Below are positions 13,641 to 26,639 of a stretch of 64,000 nt of DNA, one piece after another; within the stretch, counting starts at the first letter, position 1; each line of letters begins with the position of its first letter. A program made the position numbers and the translations under genes. Under the pieces are notes generated by a model. The model did no database searches and was not told the DNA's origin. It was given only the letters and a program-made list of their open reading frames with translations. Source of the stretch: Octopus vulgaris (taxonomy: Eukaryota); the NCBI GenBank assembly GCA_951406725.2, contig OX597819.1:99386001-99450000 (forward strand), read 5' to 3'.

Positions 13641-15449
13641 TATTTGTTATTTGTGTCTGTTTGTCTCTCCCCCACCTGTGCTTCACAACCGATATTGGTG
13701 TGTTTACGTCCCCGTCGCTTAACGGTTCCGCAAAAAGAGACCGATGAAATAAGTACTAGGCTTATAAAGAATAAGTTTTAGGGTCGATTTGTTCGACTAA
13801 AATTAGTGCCCCAGCATGGCCGCAGTCAAATGACTGTTACAATTAAAAGAATAAAAGAATAGAACCCTACAACAATTTTTACCTTGATTGAAATTCTCTC
13901 TAATGCGATATTCAGTTATATTGATCTCAGTATTTCTCAAAATGGTTAATTTGATTTTTGAACACGTTATGTAATGCAAATGTCCCTATATACTGTGGCC
14001 CGCTTTTGATTCTGACAATTACAGTTTTCATTAATTCAATAATCATATGCGTTATCCAATAAACGGGAGAGAGAGATTTTCACTGTGTAACTATATCAGT
14101 TTTCAAAGTTTATAACTGCATAGTGTGAGTCAAAGGAGAAAATCATTCTAATGCGTTTTCGAATTTTGGTTCTCTAGTTTCATTGACACGTGTCATTTTG
14201 TTTCTCCAGTTTCATTGACATGTGTCAATCACTACAACACATATATATTGGTTGGAGATTCATTAATACCAATTTGCTTTCGGGATTATTGTGCCAATCG
14301 ACGAACGTTCATGTATATAAATACATGTATTGCATCAAAATTGCTGCTATTTATCTATTCAAATTCGGGTCATTTTCTGAAATTTATGCCATTTTTCTTA
14401 TCTATTATTCATTATTTATTTCTCTTCTATACGATTTTGATTTGCACAAATCTAAATCTTCTCTTCTTGTGATGTATATGCCAAATAGTCAGATACTGAG
14501 GTTGTAGTCTCTATTAATTATTCGACACATTAATCATTAACCATTGGAAAATATTTTAAAAATTCTCTTAATATATCTAATTGATAACAACACATATCTA
14601 TTAAATAAAATCCGTTATGTCTGTATGTTTGTGTGTCTTATAGGATCTCGGGCATCCTCCATCCGATTGCGCTCAAATTTGATATGTAGATAGAGACGGT
14701 ATCTACATATCAAATTTGTAAAATCATTTTTCTTGGAATAGAAAAAAAGTCTATCTTTATTTCTTCTTTTGCTGGTGTCTCAAATTTAGGTTAAATCGGT
14801 GTTTCTCAAAGGGGAGGCTTATGGGACGGTCGGACAAATTGTTTTGAGAAAATTTGGTTTAAATGTTTGACAACTCAGAGAACCAAAATTGGACGGGGGG
14901 CATTTTGGTCGTTTATATTTTATACCAGCACCAATCTTGCATATTCTTTTCTACTCTAGGCACAAGGACCGAAATTTTTGGGGAGGGGGTCAGTCAACTA
15001 GATCGACCCTAGTACGCGACCTGTACTTAATTTATCGACCCTGACAGAATGAAAGAAAAAGTAGACCTCGTCGGAATTTAAACTCATAACATAAAGTCAG
15101 ACGAAATACCTATTTCTTTACTACCCACAAGGGGCTAAACACAGAGGGGACAAACAAGGAGAGACACACGGATTAAGTCGATTACATCGACCCCAGTGTG
15201 TAACTGGTTCTTATTTAATCGACCCCGAAAGGATGAAAGGCAAAGTCGACCTCGGCGGAATTTTAACTCAGAACGTAATGGCAGACGAAATACGGCTACG
15301 CATTTCGCCCGGCGTGCTAACGTTTCTGTCAGCTCGCCGCCTTACTAATCCTATATATTAAAAAGAAACTGCTACTGGGCTCCTGTTTCTAGCCTTTATT
15401 ATTAATTCGATTTTTATATTTAATTATGAAATGATTTTTTCTCTTTCAG

Positions 15450-15569
15450 CCATCGATAAATGTTCACCAAATCCTTGTACAAATGGCACCTGCCAGGACG
15501 AAACCGATTCCTTTAAATGTGTATGTGAAATCGGATATAAACTAGCAAATGATAAACTCACATGTAACC
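15450..15569 (+). CDS. Exon 9: EGF
   Basis: tttcag|CC..AACC|gtaagt; AIDKCSPNPCTNGTCQDETDSFKCVCEIGYKLANDKLTCN; 120 nt. Confidence 0.93.
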
Positions 15570-15603
15570 GTAAGTTGATTTTATATGTACTTTTGTTTAA
15601 TAA

Positions 15604-17898
15604 CACTGGTCAACAAAATTTTAACATTTTGCTGTCCCATAAACTATAGAAAGTGAATTTTTAGTGCAGATTTCGAGTCTGTTTTTAGAATTTTTCTATC
15701 AGGCATGGTTTTTATGTGAAAGAGAAATTAAATTATGCAGTAAATGTACTATATTGATGCAGAAAATAAGGCTGACAATTATAACTGGTCAACAGAATTA
15801 ATGAAACATTCTGTCCCCCAAACAAATGTAGGTGCAGAATTCATGTATGCTTTCAGATTTGTTCTATAAGTCAGTTTTTTGTGTGATTACATATGTAAAT
15901 CGTGAAGCAACTGTATTTCATGAATTAAAAAATCAAGCTGTTACAAGGAAACTGACCTTTAAAACGTAGAGGCGTAAGATTTTCGACTGTACTTAGCTTC
16001 TGTACTTAGCTCCACTCTCCTTGGTACAGAGTTTCCATGCTCAGAATGTACTGGTGAAACTTCTCGCCGTGCTCGTCACTGAAAGCCCGAAGATTTGCAG
16101 AGAAAAAGTCCAAATGAGATTTCAAGAAGTGGATGTTTAGGCTCATATTGCATCCCAAGGCCTTGTATGATGTCTGTAGCTCTTTCACAAATAGAATAGT
16201 TCTCTACTTTGTCATTCCCCTAAAACTCTCTGCAAACGTTCTTAAATGACAGTCACGCATCTTTTTCAACATCTTTTAGTCTCTCATTAGCTCCTTAATT
16301 TGTGGCCCAACAAAAATACCTTCCTTGATTTTTGCGTCACTTAGTCTTGGAAATTTAGTTTTCAAATAGGTAAATCCTTTGCCAGCTCTATCCATACCTT
16401 TGACGAAATTCTTCATCAACCGTAGCTTAATATGCAAAGGAAGTAGATAAATTTTCTCAGAATCAACAAGGAGAGGATTGATGACATTCCTCTGTCTAAG
16501 AGTCAGAGATCGTTTCGGTCTCACATTCTTTTCACACTGATTTTTCCTATCCCGACTGTCCCGCTCACAGAGAAAGCAACAAAATTGGTGTAACGCAATT
16601 GCATTTCAAGGAAAGGTACTACAACTATTAGGTCACCACAACCATTCCACGTATTTTCCTCATACTTAAAGTTTTGCAACAAAAGCTTCATACTATCATA
16701 TGTGTCCTTGATGTTAGTTATATGGGCCAGAAGAACAGAAGGAAACTTATTTCCATTGTGGAGTAAAAGTATTTTTAAGCTTACTTTTGAGGAGTGAATA
16801 GACAAACGCCACTCATTCGTGCTATATTTGTGGTTAAATTCCTCCATAACAAAATATCATTACAAAACACCACTCTATCCATATGTGAAAAACAATTTAC
16901 GAAATCACAATGTCGAGCACGATGAAAACTAACTTTGGTCTCTTTCTGGAGATGGTTCCAGCCCTTTAGCCTGAAACCAAGAAGTTCAGCTTGCTCTTTC
17001 GACAAGTTTAAATCCCGCACAAGATCATTCAGATCTTTCTGACACAACAAATGTGATTCACTTGAGGAACAGGTAGGCTCAAAGTCCATGTCTTCTGTTT
17101 CCTTCACATCTTCCTCACTTGACTCGTCGACACGTGTCATTTATTTTAGAGGGTCAGGTACAGGTAAGCGTTGACTGAGAAGTATTGGTGTCATAGCAGA
17201 TTGTAAATTCGGATATTTTACAGTATGCTCAGATTTTGACGCTATACCTTGTATATTCGTGATGTAGAAGTAGCAATCTGAAGTGTGATCTTTGAGCTCT
17301 CTCCAAATCATAAGGATGGCAAAAGGTATATGGCGTGAACCTTTGGCCCATGCTCTGAGAAGCCTGATACAGGTTACACAGTACACGTGAGGAGCTCATC
17401 CTTTATCCTGGTCATCCGCTTTGCAGTCAAAATAACGCTCATAGCACTTTTTGATCAATAGTGTGAAATGCCGTCTTTGTGACTTGAATGTCAAGTCACC
17501 GCAAATATAGCAAAGGTTTTTGCGATGTTTATGCAGTTTCTTGGCATTATGAATGTGAATGGAATATGTGAACTTAATGCACAACCACATGCCTACACTT
17601 CACGCACAGTACCGACAAAGCAGCAGTGATTCATCGACTCAGCTAGCTAGATTTATGATTTCATTAGGTTTATTGTATTCATAAACATTTAAATAAGGAA
17701 TATTTCTTAAAACCGTTAGCTTCACATTTCAACAGCTTAAGAGAAATTTAGCCCACGTAACAGAAACTGAGAGGGATATCGTGGAACAGAGAAACTATGG
17801 GTGATATAGATAATTTGACATTGTTTTTGAATTCTGCGTGCAAAAACATATAAGATACGGTATACTTTTTCTTGGGACAGATTCTTTGTTGACCAATG
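15604..17898 (-). mobile_element. Decayed full-length DNA transposon, Chapaev3-like (CMC group)
   Basis: Termini CACTGGTCAACAA..TTGTTGACCAATG flanked by TAA/TAA. Six broken minus-strand ORFs are collinear: CYICG..DQDK, WRELKDHTSDCYF, LNDLVRDLNLSKEQAELL, WRLSIHSSKVSLK, LPLHIKL, HFLKSHLDFF..SDEHGEKFHQ. Family assignment is from recalled motifs. Confidence 0.8.
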
Positions 17899-17994
17899 TA
17901 ATTATTCACTTTATTCTTTTATTCATAGTTCTTTCGAAAAATATAAAGCTAATCTTATTCACTGTATCTAATAATCTGTTTGTCTTATTTATAG

Positions 17995-18246
17995 CCTGCG
18001 ATACACATACCTATGGTTACAACTGCAACATGACATGCGGTTGTGTCAAAGGAAGTTGTGATCCAGTGAAGGGGTGTATATGCAACGCCGGTTATACAGG
18101 CGTTAAATGTGACACCAGAATAGATTTTTGTGCTGCAAATATTGGCAGCTGTGACAACAAAACTTCGGAATGTGTTAACGGGGAGCAAAACTATACATGT
18201 GTCTGCAAAGCTGGTTACTTCAAGACTGGATCTGGAAGTTGTCAAA
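17995..18246 (+). CDS. Exon 10: laminin/MEGF-type EGF plus EGF
   Basis: ttatag|CC..CAAA|gtaagt; PCDTHTYGYNCNMTCGCVKGSCDPVKGCICNAGYTGVKCDTRIDFC..CVCKAGYFKTGSGSCQ; 252 nt. Confidence 0.93.
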
Positions 18247-18389
18247 GTAAGTTTTACATATACTCGTTGATTGTTTGTTTTATTCTAATGTGTTATATTT
18301 TGGTTCTCTAAATATTATTGTTACAACCAATATTTTAGGATTGTTGTTAGCTAGTAGAAACAATGATAGATTTATAATTTTTTTCATCT

Positions 18390-19410
18390 ACGAGATGCAT
18401 TACAGAGGTTTTGAGAATTTTCCAGGAGAGACACTAAATTGAAAGTACAAAACCCTAGTCTAATTTAAAGAAGGATCCTCTCCCTTCAGTGCATTTGTTG
18501 TAGCACGCCAGCCACTTCATGAAAGGCCACATGGAAGTTATTCAACTGAAGGTATCCAAGACCATAGTCACAATTTCCTTCATCTTCTTGATTCCTTCAA
18601 AACGACCGCCCTTTGAGGTTCTTCAGTTTGGAAGAATCAAAAGTGAGGGAGCAAGGTCTATACTGTTGGGAGAGTTGGGAACCGTTTTGCTGTCCATCGC
18701 TATCAATTAGTTGGTTATCAGAATGGAATTGTATACTAGTAAATTAAACAGGTACAAGTGCTATGGCTTGTTGCGACGAATTCTCTTCTACAATTCCCTA
18801 AAAGCCTCCTTTTTGTTGACTATCTGCCCAGAGGAATCCCAGTAGATGTAGATGAGGCACTTGTTATCGGAAAAGAGTACCATCAAGAGATTCCGGTAGA
18901 TTAGCTTTGTCTGATCTTGTTGGCTCCATTGGGTACTCCGTCCCTTGGCCTGTAAACCATAACAGTAGATCCAGCTTTCGTAACAGGTCACTAGAGACTC
19001 AAGTACTCTTAGATTGGAGAGAATGACGTAGATCATCTTCCTGCTGTCACCAACGTCATCTTCTATCCATTCATAACTACATAACCTAGAAACAAACTTT
19101 GCAAAAATTTTGCGCATGTTCATTTCTTAAAAATAATTTTGTGCACAGTTGCGGCACCAACTCCAAACTGTTCGCTTATTGCTTTTATACAGACGACAGT
19201 CTTCACCCAGAAAATTGCATATTTTCTCAACTAGCTCTGATCTTCTGACGTCCCACATTGTTTATTATCGCTTCTCTATAGATCATGAACCTTATGCACC
19301 GTCAAAAAACAGATGCTTAGTTGACACACATTAATCGACAAGTAATCGGAAGCATTTCATAAGTTTCTGTAGCATTTTCAGACATTTTAACATAAAGCAA
19401 TATCGTGTGT
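18390..19410 (-). mobile_element. Decayed Tc1/mariner (mariner-type) transposon
   Basis: Minus ORF 18788-19123: MRKIFAKFVSRL..LVTCYESWIYCY..STQW, matching the mariner WVP(R) linker and TGDETW regions; boundaries approximate. Confidence 0.7.
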
Positions 19411-20517
19411 AATCTCCAGGGATACAGACATCCAGCAACAGGACCTCCGTAATGTTATGATGGACCGTGAATTCTGGCGTAGCATGGTAAATTCCATTGT
19501 CTCGACCATGGTCGAACAATGATGATGATGAATATTGTGTGGCGGGCTTCCACTTTGTCCTGTCCCGACTCTTTTCCGAAAACTAGTTATTTTTAATAAA
19601 AATTATTTTGTTGGGTGTCTTCAAAGTTCTGTTATAGCCTTTACTTTAAATCTGGAATAAAATGTAGGCAGTTCAGCGTACTATATGTATAGAATGGTAA
19701 AATAAATTTGCAATAATCTAGGAGAGTTATAACTACCTGCTCTATAATTTAAAGCCTATTTACCGATCAAGTTACTTGTGCTTGTATCATTAAAAATGTT
19801 GATTGAAGAACCTATAGTTGGAACGGGCCAACGAGGGAGGTACTATATTGTTATTGGAAATATAACCAGAGTCTTCATCATAGAAGACTCTGATATCTTC
19901 AGAAAAGACAATAAAAATGTAAATCAAGTATTCATAATTTGTGAAATAAAAATGATTGACTGGGCTGGGTGGAATGTCTTTCGCCATAGGTCAGCTAGAT
20001 GAAATAGAAACAGGAAAATCAAAACAATAACACTAATCATTGCCGCCACTGTTAACTTCACAACCACCACTGAAATCACCACGACCACCTTAGTCATTTC
20101 TACGATTACTATAATCCCCACCCACCATCAGAAGACCCACTACAACCATGACGACGACGACGATGACCCCTCCATCACCACAACAAGTTCATTCATAAAA
20201 ACTATTAACATTAATCAACACTATAAACATCAGCACAAACGCAACCATCGCCATCTGTAACGCCACCCCTATATCTAACAACACTTCTATCGCCATTATT
20301 ACCCTCACATCATCACTAATTTCATCACAACCAGTAACACCGCCACCATCACAATCACCATTCATACATACCACAACAACCATTAACATAGATATTACAA
20401 CCACCACCACCACCACCACCGTATCTTCACTAACCCATCATCTCCTCTGACACCATAATATATTCTCTTTCTTTTAAATGAAAAATAATGAATTCTTTGT
20501 TTCTGTAACAATTTTAG

Positions 20518-20604
20518 TTTGTTCTGTGAAGAAGTACGGGATAGATTGCGCTTTGACATGTGCTTGCAGAGAATCATGCGACCATATCAGTGGAAACTGC
20601 ACAG
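20518..20604 (+). CDS. Exon 11: short laminin/MEGF-type Cys module
   Basis: ttttag|TT..ACAG|gtatga; ICSVKKYGIDCALTCACRESCDHISGNCT, resembling the N-terminal half of exons 5 and 10; 87 nt. Confidence 0.85.
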
Positions 20605-22084
20605 GTATGATTCGAATTGTCTTTTCCACCAAATAATCCAAATCAATTGCATACATTATGTATGTATGTATGTATGTATGTATGTATGTATGTATGTATG
20701 TATGTATGTATGTATGTATGTATATATGTATGTATGTATGTATGTATGTACATATGTGCACACATAATGCACATATGTACGTACATACATAAATGCATGC
20801 ATACATACATGCATACATATATCGTTGAAAATATTACAAAACTGCTTTCAGGAACAACAGTGGTCCATTGGCGCAGAAGGTTGTAAATTTTTCTCGAATG
20901 AAAGTACAATAAGCTGAAAAAAGTTAATTTATAGTTAACGGTTAGCAACATTGTTTGTTGCATATGCAAATAAATATCCAGAATATTGATGGAGTATATA
21001 AAATCCAGGCTACATAATTACATAGCTAGCCGGTCCACGGAAAGACTAAATTAGCCAAACGAGGTTTAGACTGCAAGCCACTGTTCAGGACAAGGATACC
21101 TTGGTAATATGAAGTTTACATTATCGTTAGGAGACCCCGGTATATATATATCAGAGTATCGGATGTTGTTATTCACTGCTCATTTTATTCTTTCTCGCAT
21201 TGTTGTAACTTTGAATGGTAATGGCTCGCTGGCTCGGCGGTCAGGCCATCTTTTCCCACGAAAGGAACACTAGTCGCCACATGGTTATATATTTCCCGGT
21301 GAGTCGACTAGGACAGCGTGAAATGGAGTGTTGGTTTTTTGTTGCTCAATAACTACACACAAAACGCGCCGGGGGGGGGGGGCTTGTGATCGTGTGTACA
21401 ACGTCCTAACCCTTAATTTACGTTTTGATTCCCTTATATGTGCGAGCGTGTGTGTAGAAAACGAGATAGATAGTTAGATAGGGAGAGAGAGAGAGAGAAA
21501 GAAAGAAAGAGAGAGAGAGAGATGGAGAGATTCAAAGAGAAAATTGATTGACTGACTAATTGATTGTTTTAAAATGTAATCAATGGAAATAAGTGCGAAT
21601 CTTAAAAACAAGATTGTGATGGAGAGCAACTAAATATATTCAGATGTTAACTTGTGTGTATGCATAAGAAAGTGTGAGTGAGAGATAGAGAGAGACAGAA
21701 AGAGTGAGACAGAGAGTGAAATAGCAAGTGAAAGGAACAGAGAGAGAGAGAGAGAGAGAAGGGACGGAGACACAGAGTGGGTGGGGAGAGGGGGAGAGAG
21801 TGCATATGTCTGAGTGATTATTTTGTACCCTTTCTCTCTGCTTTTAGAATTAAAATCACCATTTATTATCTCTTCGTCATTCTTCAACCTTGACAGGGCA
21901 CATCATTGACAGATGTTAGAGACAATTGGATATCTGGAGAAATAATGATGCATTCATAACTTTATGACTTTAGACCATCTAAATGCAATTCACTACGTTG
22001 CCGACCAGATTCTCTCTCTCTCACTTTCTCTCCTTGTTTTTATCTCCTGCGTGGTATCTTTCTTTTATATTCCCCCCTCTCTCT

Positions 22085-22148
<64 letters not shown>

Positions 22149-22236
22149 GTGTTTGTGTGTTTGTGTGTTTATATGTTTATGAATGAATGTACATTCAAAC
22201 ATTGAAAATGCGTATATTATTATTATTTTTTTGCAG

Positions 22237-22281
22237 ATACAGTCACAACAACACATATGCCTTCTACTGTAACGACTACGC
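22237..22281 (+). CDS. Exon 12: 45-nt Thr-rich micro-exon
   Basis: tttttttgcag|AT..ACGC|gtaagt; DTVTTTHMPSTVTTT; phase 1-1. Confidence 0.8.
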
Positions 22282-22343
22282 GTAAGTTTCACTTAGTTAT
22301 CAAAATTTCTGTGATATATATACAAATATGCATGCATGCATAC

Positions 22344-22376
<33 letters not shown>

Positions 22377-22547
22377 TGTATGTATGTATGCATGTATGTA
22401 TGTATGTATGTATGTATGTATGCATGCATGTATGTATGTATGTATTTATGTATGTATGTATGTAAGTGCATATATACATATGAAGCCGTTTTATTTCTTT
22501 GCATGATGTAACATTTCGATTTATCAATGAAAAACGCTTGAAACAGT

Positions 22548-22856
22548 GAAAGTGGACCATAATCTATCTATTGTTACATGTTTATAAATACATTTACATA
22601 CATGCATATATATTGATGTATATACATTAATGTATATATATATGTATATATATATATATATATGTTTGTGTGTGTGTATGTATAAATATATATATATATA
22701 TATATATATGTTTGTGTGTGTGTATGTATAATATATATATATATATATATATATTTATAATAAGAGATACACATTAATGTATATACATCAATATATATGC
22801 ATGTATGTAAATGTATTTATAAACATGTAACAATAGATAGATTATGGTTCACTTTC
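22548..22856. repeat. Inverted repeat with 86-bp arms (22548-22633 and 22771-22856)
   Basis: Arms read as reverse complements with one mismatch. Confidence 0.9.
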
Positions 22857-23408
22857 GCCGCCGAGGTGGTGTGTGGTTTCCCCTTTGTGACCTGGTGGGG
22901 CAGAATTTACTAAGGTCACACACACACTCACACACACACATATACATATAAACATACATACATACATTCAAACGTGCACATATGCATACATATATATGTA
23001 TCTGCATACAAATACATACATGCAGAGTATATACAAATGTGCACACATGCATACATATACATATAGGAATGCACACACATGTATGCACACACACATACAC
23101 ACATACATACATACATAATACATATATACATACATACATACATACATACATACATACATACATAAATACATACATGTGTGTAAGTGCTGGCACACTGACA
23201 CACACGCATGCGTACAACAAAGCAAAGAACGCAATTCTGATAACGGACAGAATCAACAGCCATTGAAAGGGTTGCAAGTGACAATGAATATTTTAGTAAA
23301 AAATAACAAGTAAATAAGCGGAAACCAGAGTAGTGAGTGTGTTAAATTAATAACTCTCCCCAGACACAATAGAATATATTAATATATATTTATGTATGTA
23401 TATCAATT

Positions 23409-23443
<35 letters not shown>

Positions 23444-23810
23444 TGTATATATACGTATACATGTATGTATATGTATGTGTGTATGTATATATACATATGT
23501 ATATGTATTTATAAACATGTATGCATATATATGTGCGCGCGTGTATTTGTTATTTCTCTGTTTTAGGAGGTAGGAGATAAAGTCATGGTTTCTGGGTTTA
23601 CTCCAGTGAATAAGTAAAGTACGTGAGATGAAACAAATGATTGCTCTGATCTACAAATCTTCTTACAATTATCAGTTTGATTTATTTGAATTGATTAACA
23701 AATGTGTCGCATTCAACTTTAGATAAAACACTTACACTAATTTTGTAATGCTTTATTCTTAACATGAATTGTGTTAGTGGATTATCAACACATGTCTTCT
23801 CATTCTACAG

Positions 23811-25130
23811 CAGAATATTCAACCAACTCTATGACTACAAATCTGACAACAAGCAATCCATCAACAGAATTTTCAACAGACGCCCAACCAACTGACCAAA
23901 TTTCTTACAACTCCACACAGTATTCAATAGCCTCTATGTCCTCCGATGTAACAACAATCGCATCAACAACTGACCAAACTTCAGGTCCCTCTACACAATA
24001 TTCATCATCCTCGATGTCATCTGATGTAACAACAATGGCACCATCAACTGACCAAACTTCAGGTCCCTCGACACAATATTCAACAGCCTCTATGTCATCA
24101 GATGTAACAACAATCGCACCATCAACTGACCAAACTTCAGGTCCCTCTACACAATATTCAACATCCTCGATGTCATCCGATGTAACAACAATCGCACCAT
24201 CAACTAACCAAACTTCAGGTCCCTCTACACAATATTCAACATCCTCTATGTCATCCGATGTAACAACAATCGCACCATCAACTGACCAAACTTCAGGTCC
24301 CTCTACACAATATTCAACATCCTCGATGTCATCAGATGTAACAACAATCGCACCATCAACTGACCAAACTTCAGGTCCCTCTACACAATATTCAACATCA
24401 TCGATGTCATCTGATGTAACAACAATCGCATCAACAACTGACCAAACTTCAGGTCCCTCAACACAATATTCAACATCCTCGATGTTATCAGATGTAACAA
24501 CAATCGCATCATCAACTGACCAAACCTCAGGTCCCTCTACACAATATTCAACATCATCGATGTCATCTGATGTAACAACAATCGCATCAACAAATGACCA
24601 AACTTCAGGTCCCTCAACACAATATTCAACATCCTCGATGTCATCAGATGTAACAACAATCGCATCATCAACAGACAAAACCACCGCTCCCTCGACACAA
24701 TATTTAACATCCTCGATGTCATCAGATGTAACAACAATCGCACCATCAACTGACCAAACTTCAGGTCCCTCAACACAATATTCAACATCCTCGATGTCAT
24801 CAGATGTAACAACAGGCGTTGTATCAACAGACAAAACCACCGGTCCCTCGACACAATATTCGACATCGTCTATGTCATCAGATGTAACAACAGGCGTTGC
24901 ATCAACAGACAAAACCACCGGTCCCTCGACACAATATTCAACATCGTCTATGTCATCAGATGTAACAACAATCACTGCATCAACAGAGAAAACTACACGT
25001 CCCTCAACATCCTCTATGTCATCAGATGTAACAACAATGGCACCATCAACAAAGACCTTACAAACCACGGCGGCAAGTCTTTCATCCACTGCTGCCCAGG
25101 GCACAAGTTTTACAACATCCGTGACGAATG
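23811..25130 (+). CDS. Exon 13: mucin PTS domain
   Basis: ctacag|CAGAA..AATG|gtacgt; 1320 nt, phase 1-1; Ser/Thr/Pro-rich; the acceptor is a NAGNAG (alternative start 23814). Confidence 0.93.
23911..25050 (+). repeat. Coding minisatellite, 78 nt / 26 aa, about 14.6 copies
   Basis: Consensus STQYSTSSMSSDVTTIAPSTDQTSGP; period checked (tgaccaaact at 23971 and 24049). Confidence 0.95.
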
Positions 25131-25815
25131 GTACGTATATTTCAACTACCTATCGAACTTTATTAAAATGAAATACTGTCGTCCCAAATTGGTTTAACGC
25201 AGAATTATAGCCTATGTTGACAAATGTAAGTCTCACTTGTCCTTCTTTCCATATTGAATTGATTTTATCCAAGAGAATAATCTTTGTCGATACCTGTATT
25301 TTGTGTCAACGGTATAGTTATGCTAGAAAATTGTTGTATTCGCAAATAGAAAAATAATACTGCTGTTTGATAATTAAAATTTATACTTAAGTTTTCTTAG
25401 CATCGTGGTAATTATGAGACTGCCTGGTTTTTATACATATTTTGGTTACATTTATATATTTCTATATATAGTAGCGTTTACTTTAAAAATCATTAGAATT
25501 ATTCTGTATATTGTAGCTACCTCATATCGTACATCAATTATTTCCTGTCACTCTAAGCATATTCCAGAACATATAATTTAGTCACATTAAAATACGCTCT
25601 GTATTAACACCTCTTAATATAAATATATTTTAGTTATCTTAACTATATCATTTTCCTCGCAGTTAAGAATGCCTTCTCTCAATCTTTATTTCCTCGAACG
25701 TAGCTTTGCTGCAGGAAAAAAAGAAATCTACTTAAGACAGAAAATCCTAGAAATTTTGAAATGAACCTGTCATATGTTACGACAATTTTATATAACAAGT
25801 TTTTATTTCTCATAG

Positions 25816-25956
25816 GAACCAATGCAGCTTCAACATCTACTTCTCCAACTCAAACCACATTTTACCAAACCTCTACTTTGTCGACTTTAAATCCTACAAC
25901 AAAATACACAACGAAGATACCGACACAAACAACAACAAAATATTGTCCCCCATCAG
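25816..25956 (+). CDS. Exon 14: Thr-rich linker
   Basis: catag|GA..TCAG|gtgagt; GTNAASTSTSPTQTT..TTTKYCPPS; 141 nt. Confidence 0.88.
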
Positions 25957-26170
25957 GTGAGTATAGTTGTTTTGCCTGTAAAGCATGTCAATTTATTAAT
26001 TAAAATGATTAGCTCGTTTATTATTGAATTACAAAGCGTTATCTTTCAAATAAAAAGACATTGAAAGTAAATACATATGTCAACATGTTCTTATTCACTC
26101 TTAAATTTCTGGCTTCTACAAATTTACTTTGTTCTCCATTTTGATTTTATGACACACACACACACACGCA

Positions 26171-26211
<41 letters not shown>

Positions 26212-26289
26212 GTGTGGGTACATTCGGATACATAGATCGAGAAATAGATACATAGATAGATAGATTGACAGATAGATAGACAGAGAGAT

Positions 26290-26322
<33 letters not shown>

Positions 26323-26335
26323 TAGACAGACAGAC

Positions 26336-26384
<49 letters not shown>

Positions 26385-26639
26385 TCCGAATTTGTATGAT
26401 TGTGTATAGAAGAATATATCAATCACTGAAATTCCATCTAAGTCTTATTTTCACATTTAATTATTTAGTTTTTATAAATTTACAACATTGAAATAAACTA
26501 GTACTTTCAGGTTTATGTAGTGACAGTCGTGTCCCACAAACGTAGTGAAATGGTTACATTTTTCTTTTAAGTACCATCCGGTGGGCTCCATTTGACTGAA
26601 TCTTTTGAACAGTTAGTATGTGGCTTAGATGTCACGGTG

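Noticed and set aside
20000-20460. Thr/His-rich low-complexity stretch as an extra mucin exon
   Set aside because: Degenerate (CAC/CAT)n sequence with no clear flanking splice sites
23911-25050. Regular repeat array as a possible CRISPR
   Set aside because: Head-to-tail repeats without unique spacers, in frame within a eukaryotic exon, and no cas genes
23905-25104. 399-aa acidic antisense ORF (VVTSDDIEDVEYCVEGP repeats)
   Set aside because: It is the mirror of the 78-nt coding repeat, so one stop-free unit is simply propagated. The + strand has splice sites and fits the gene.
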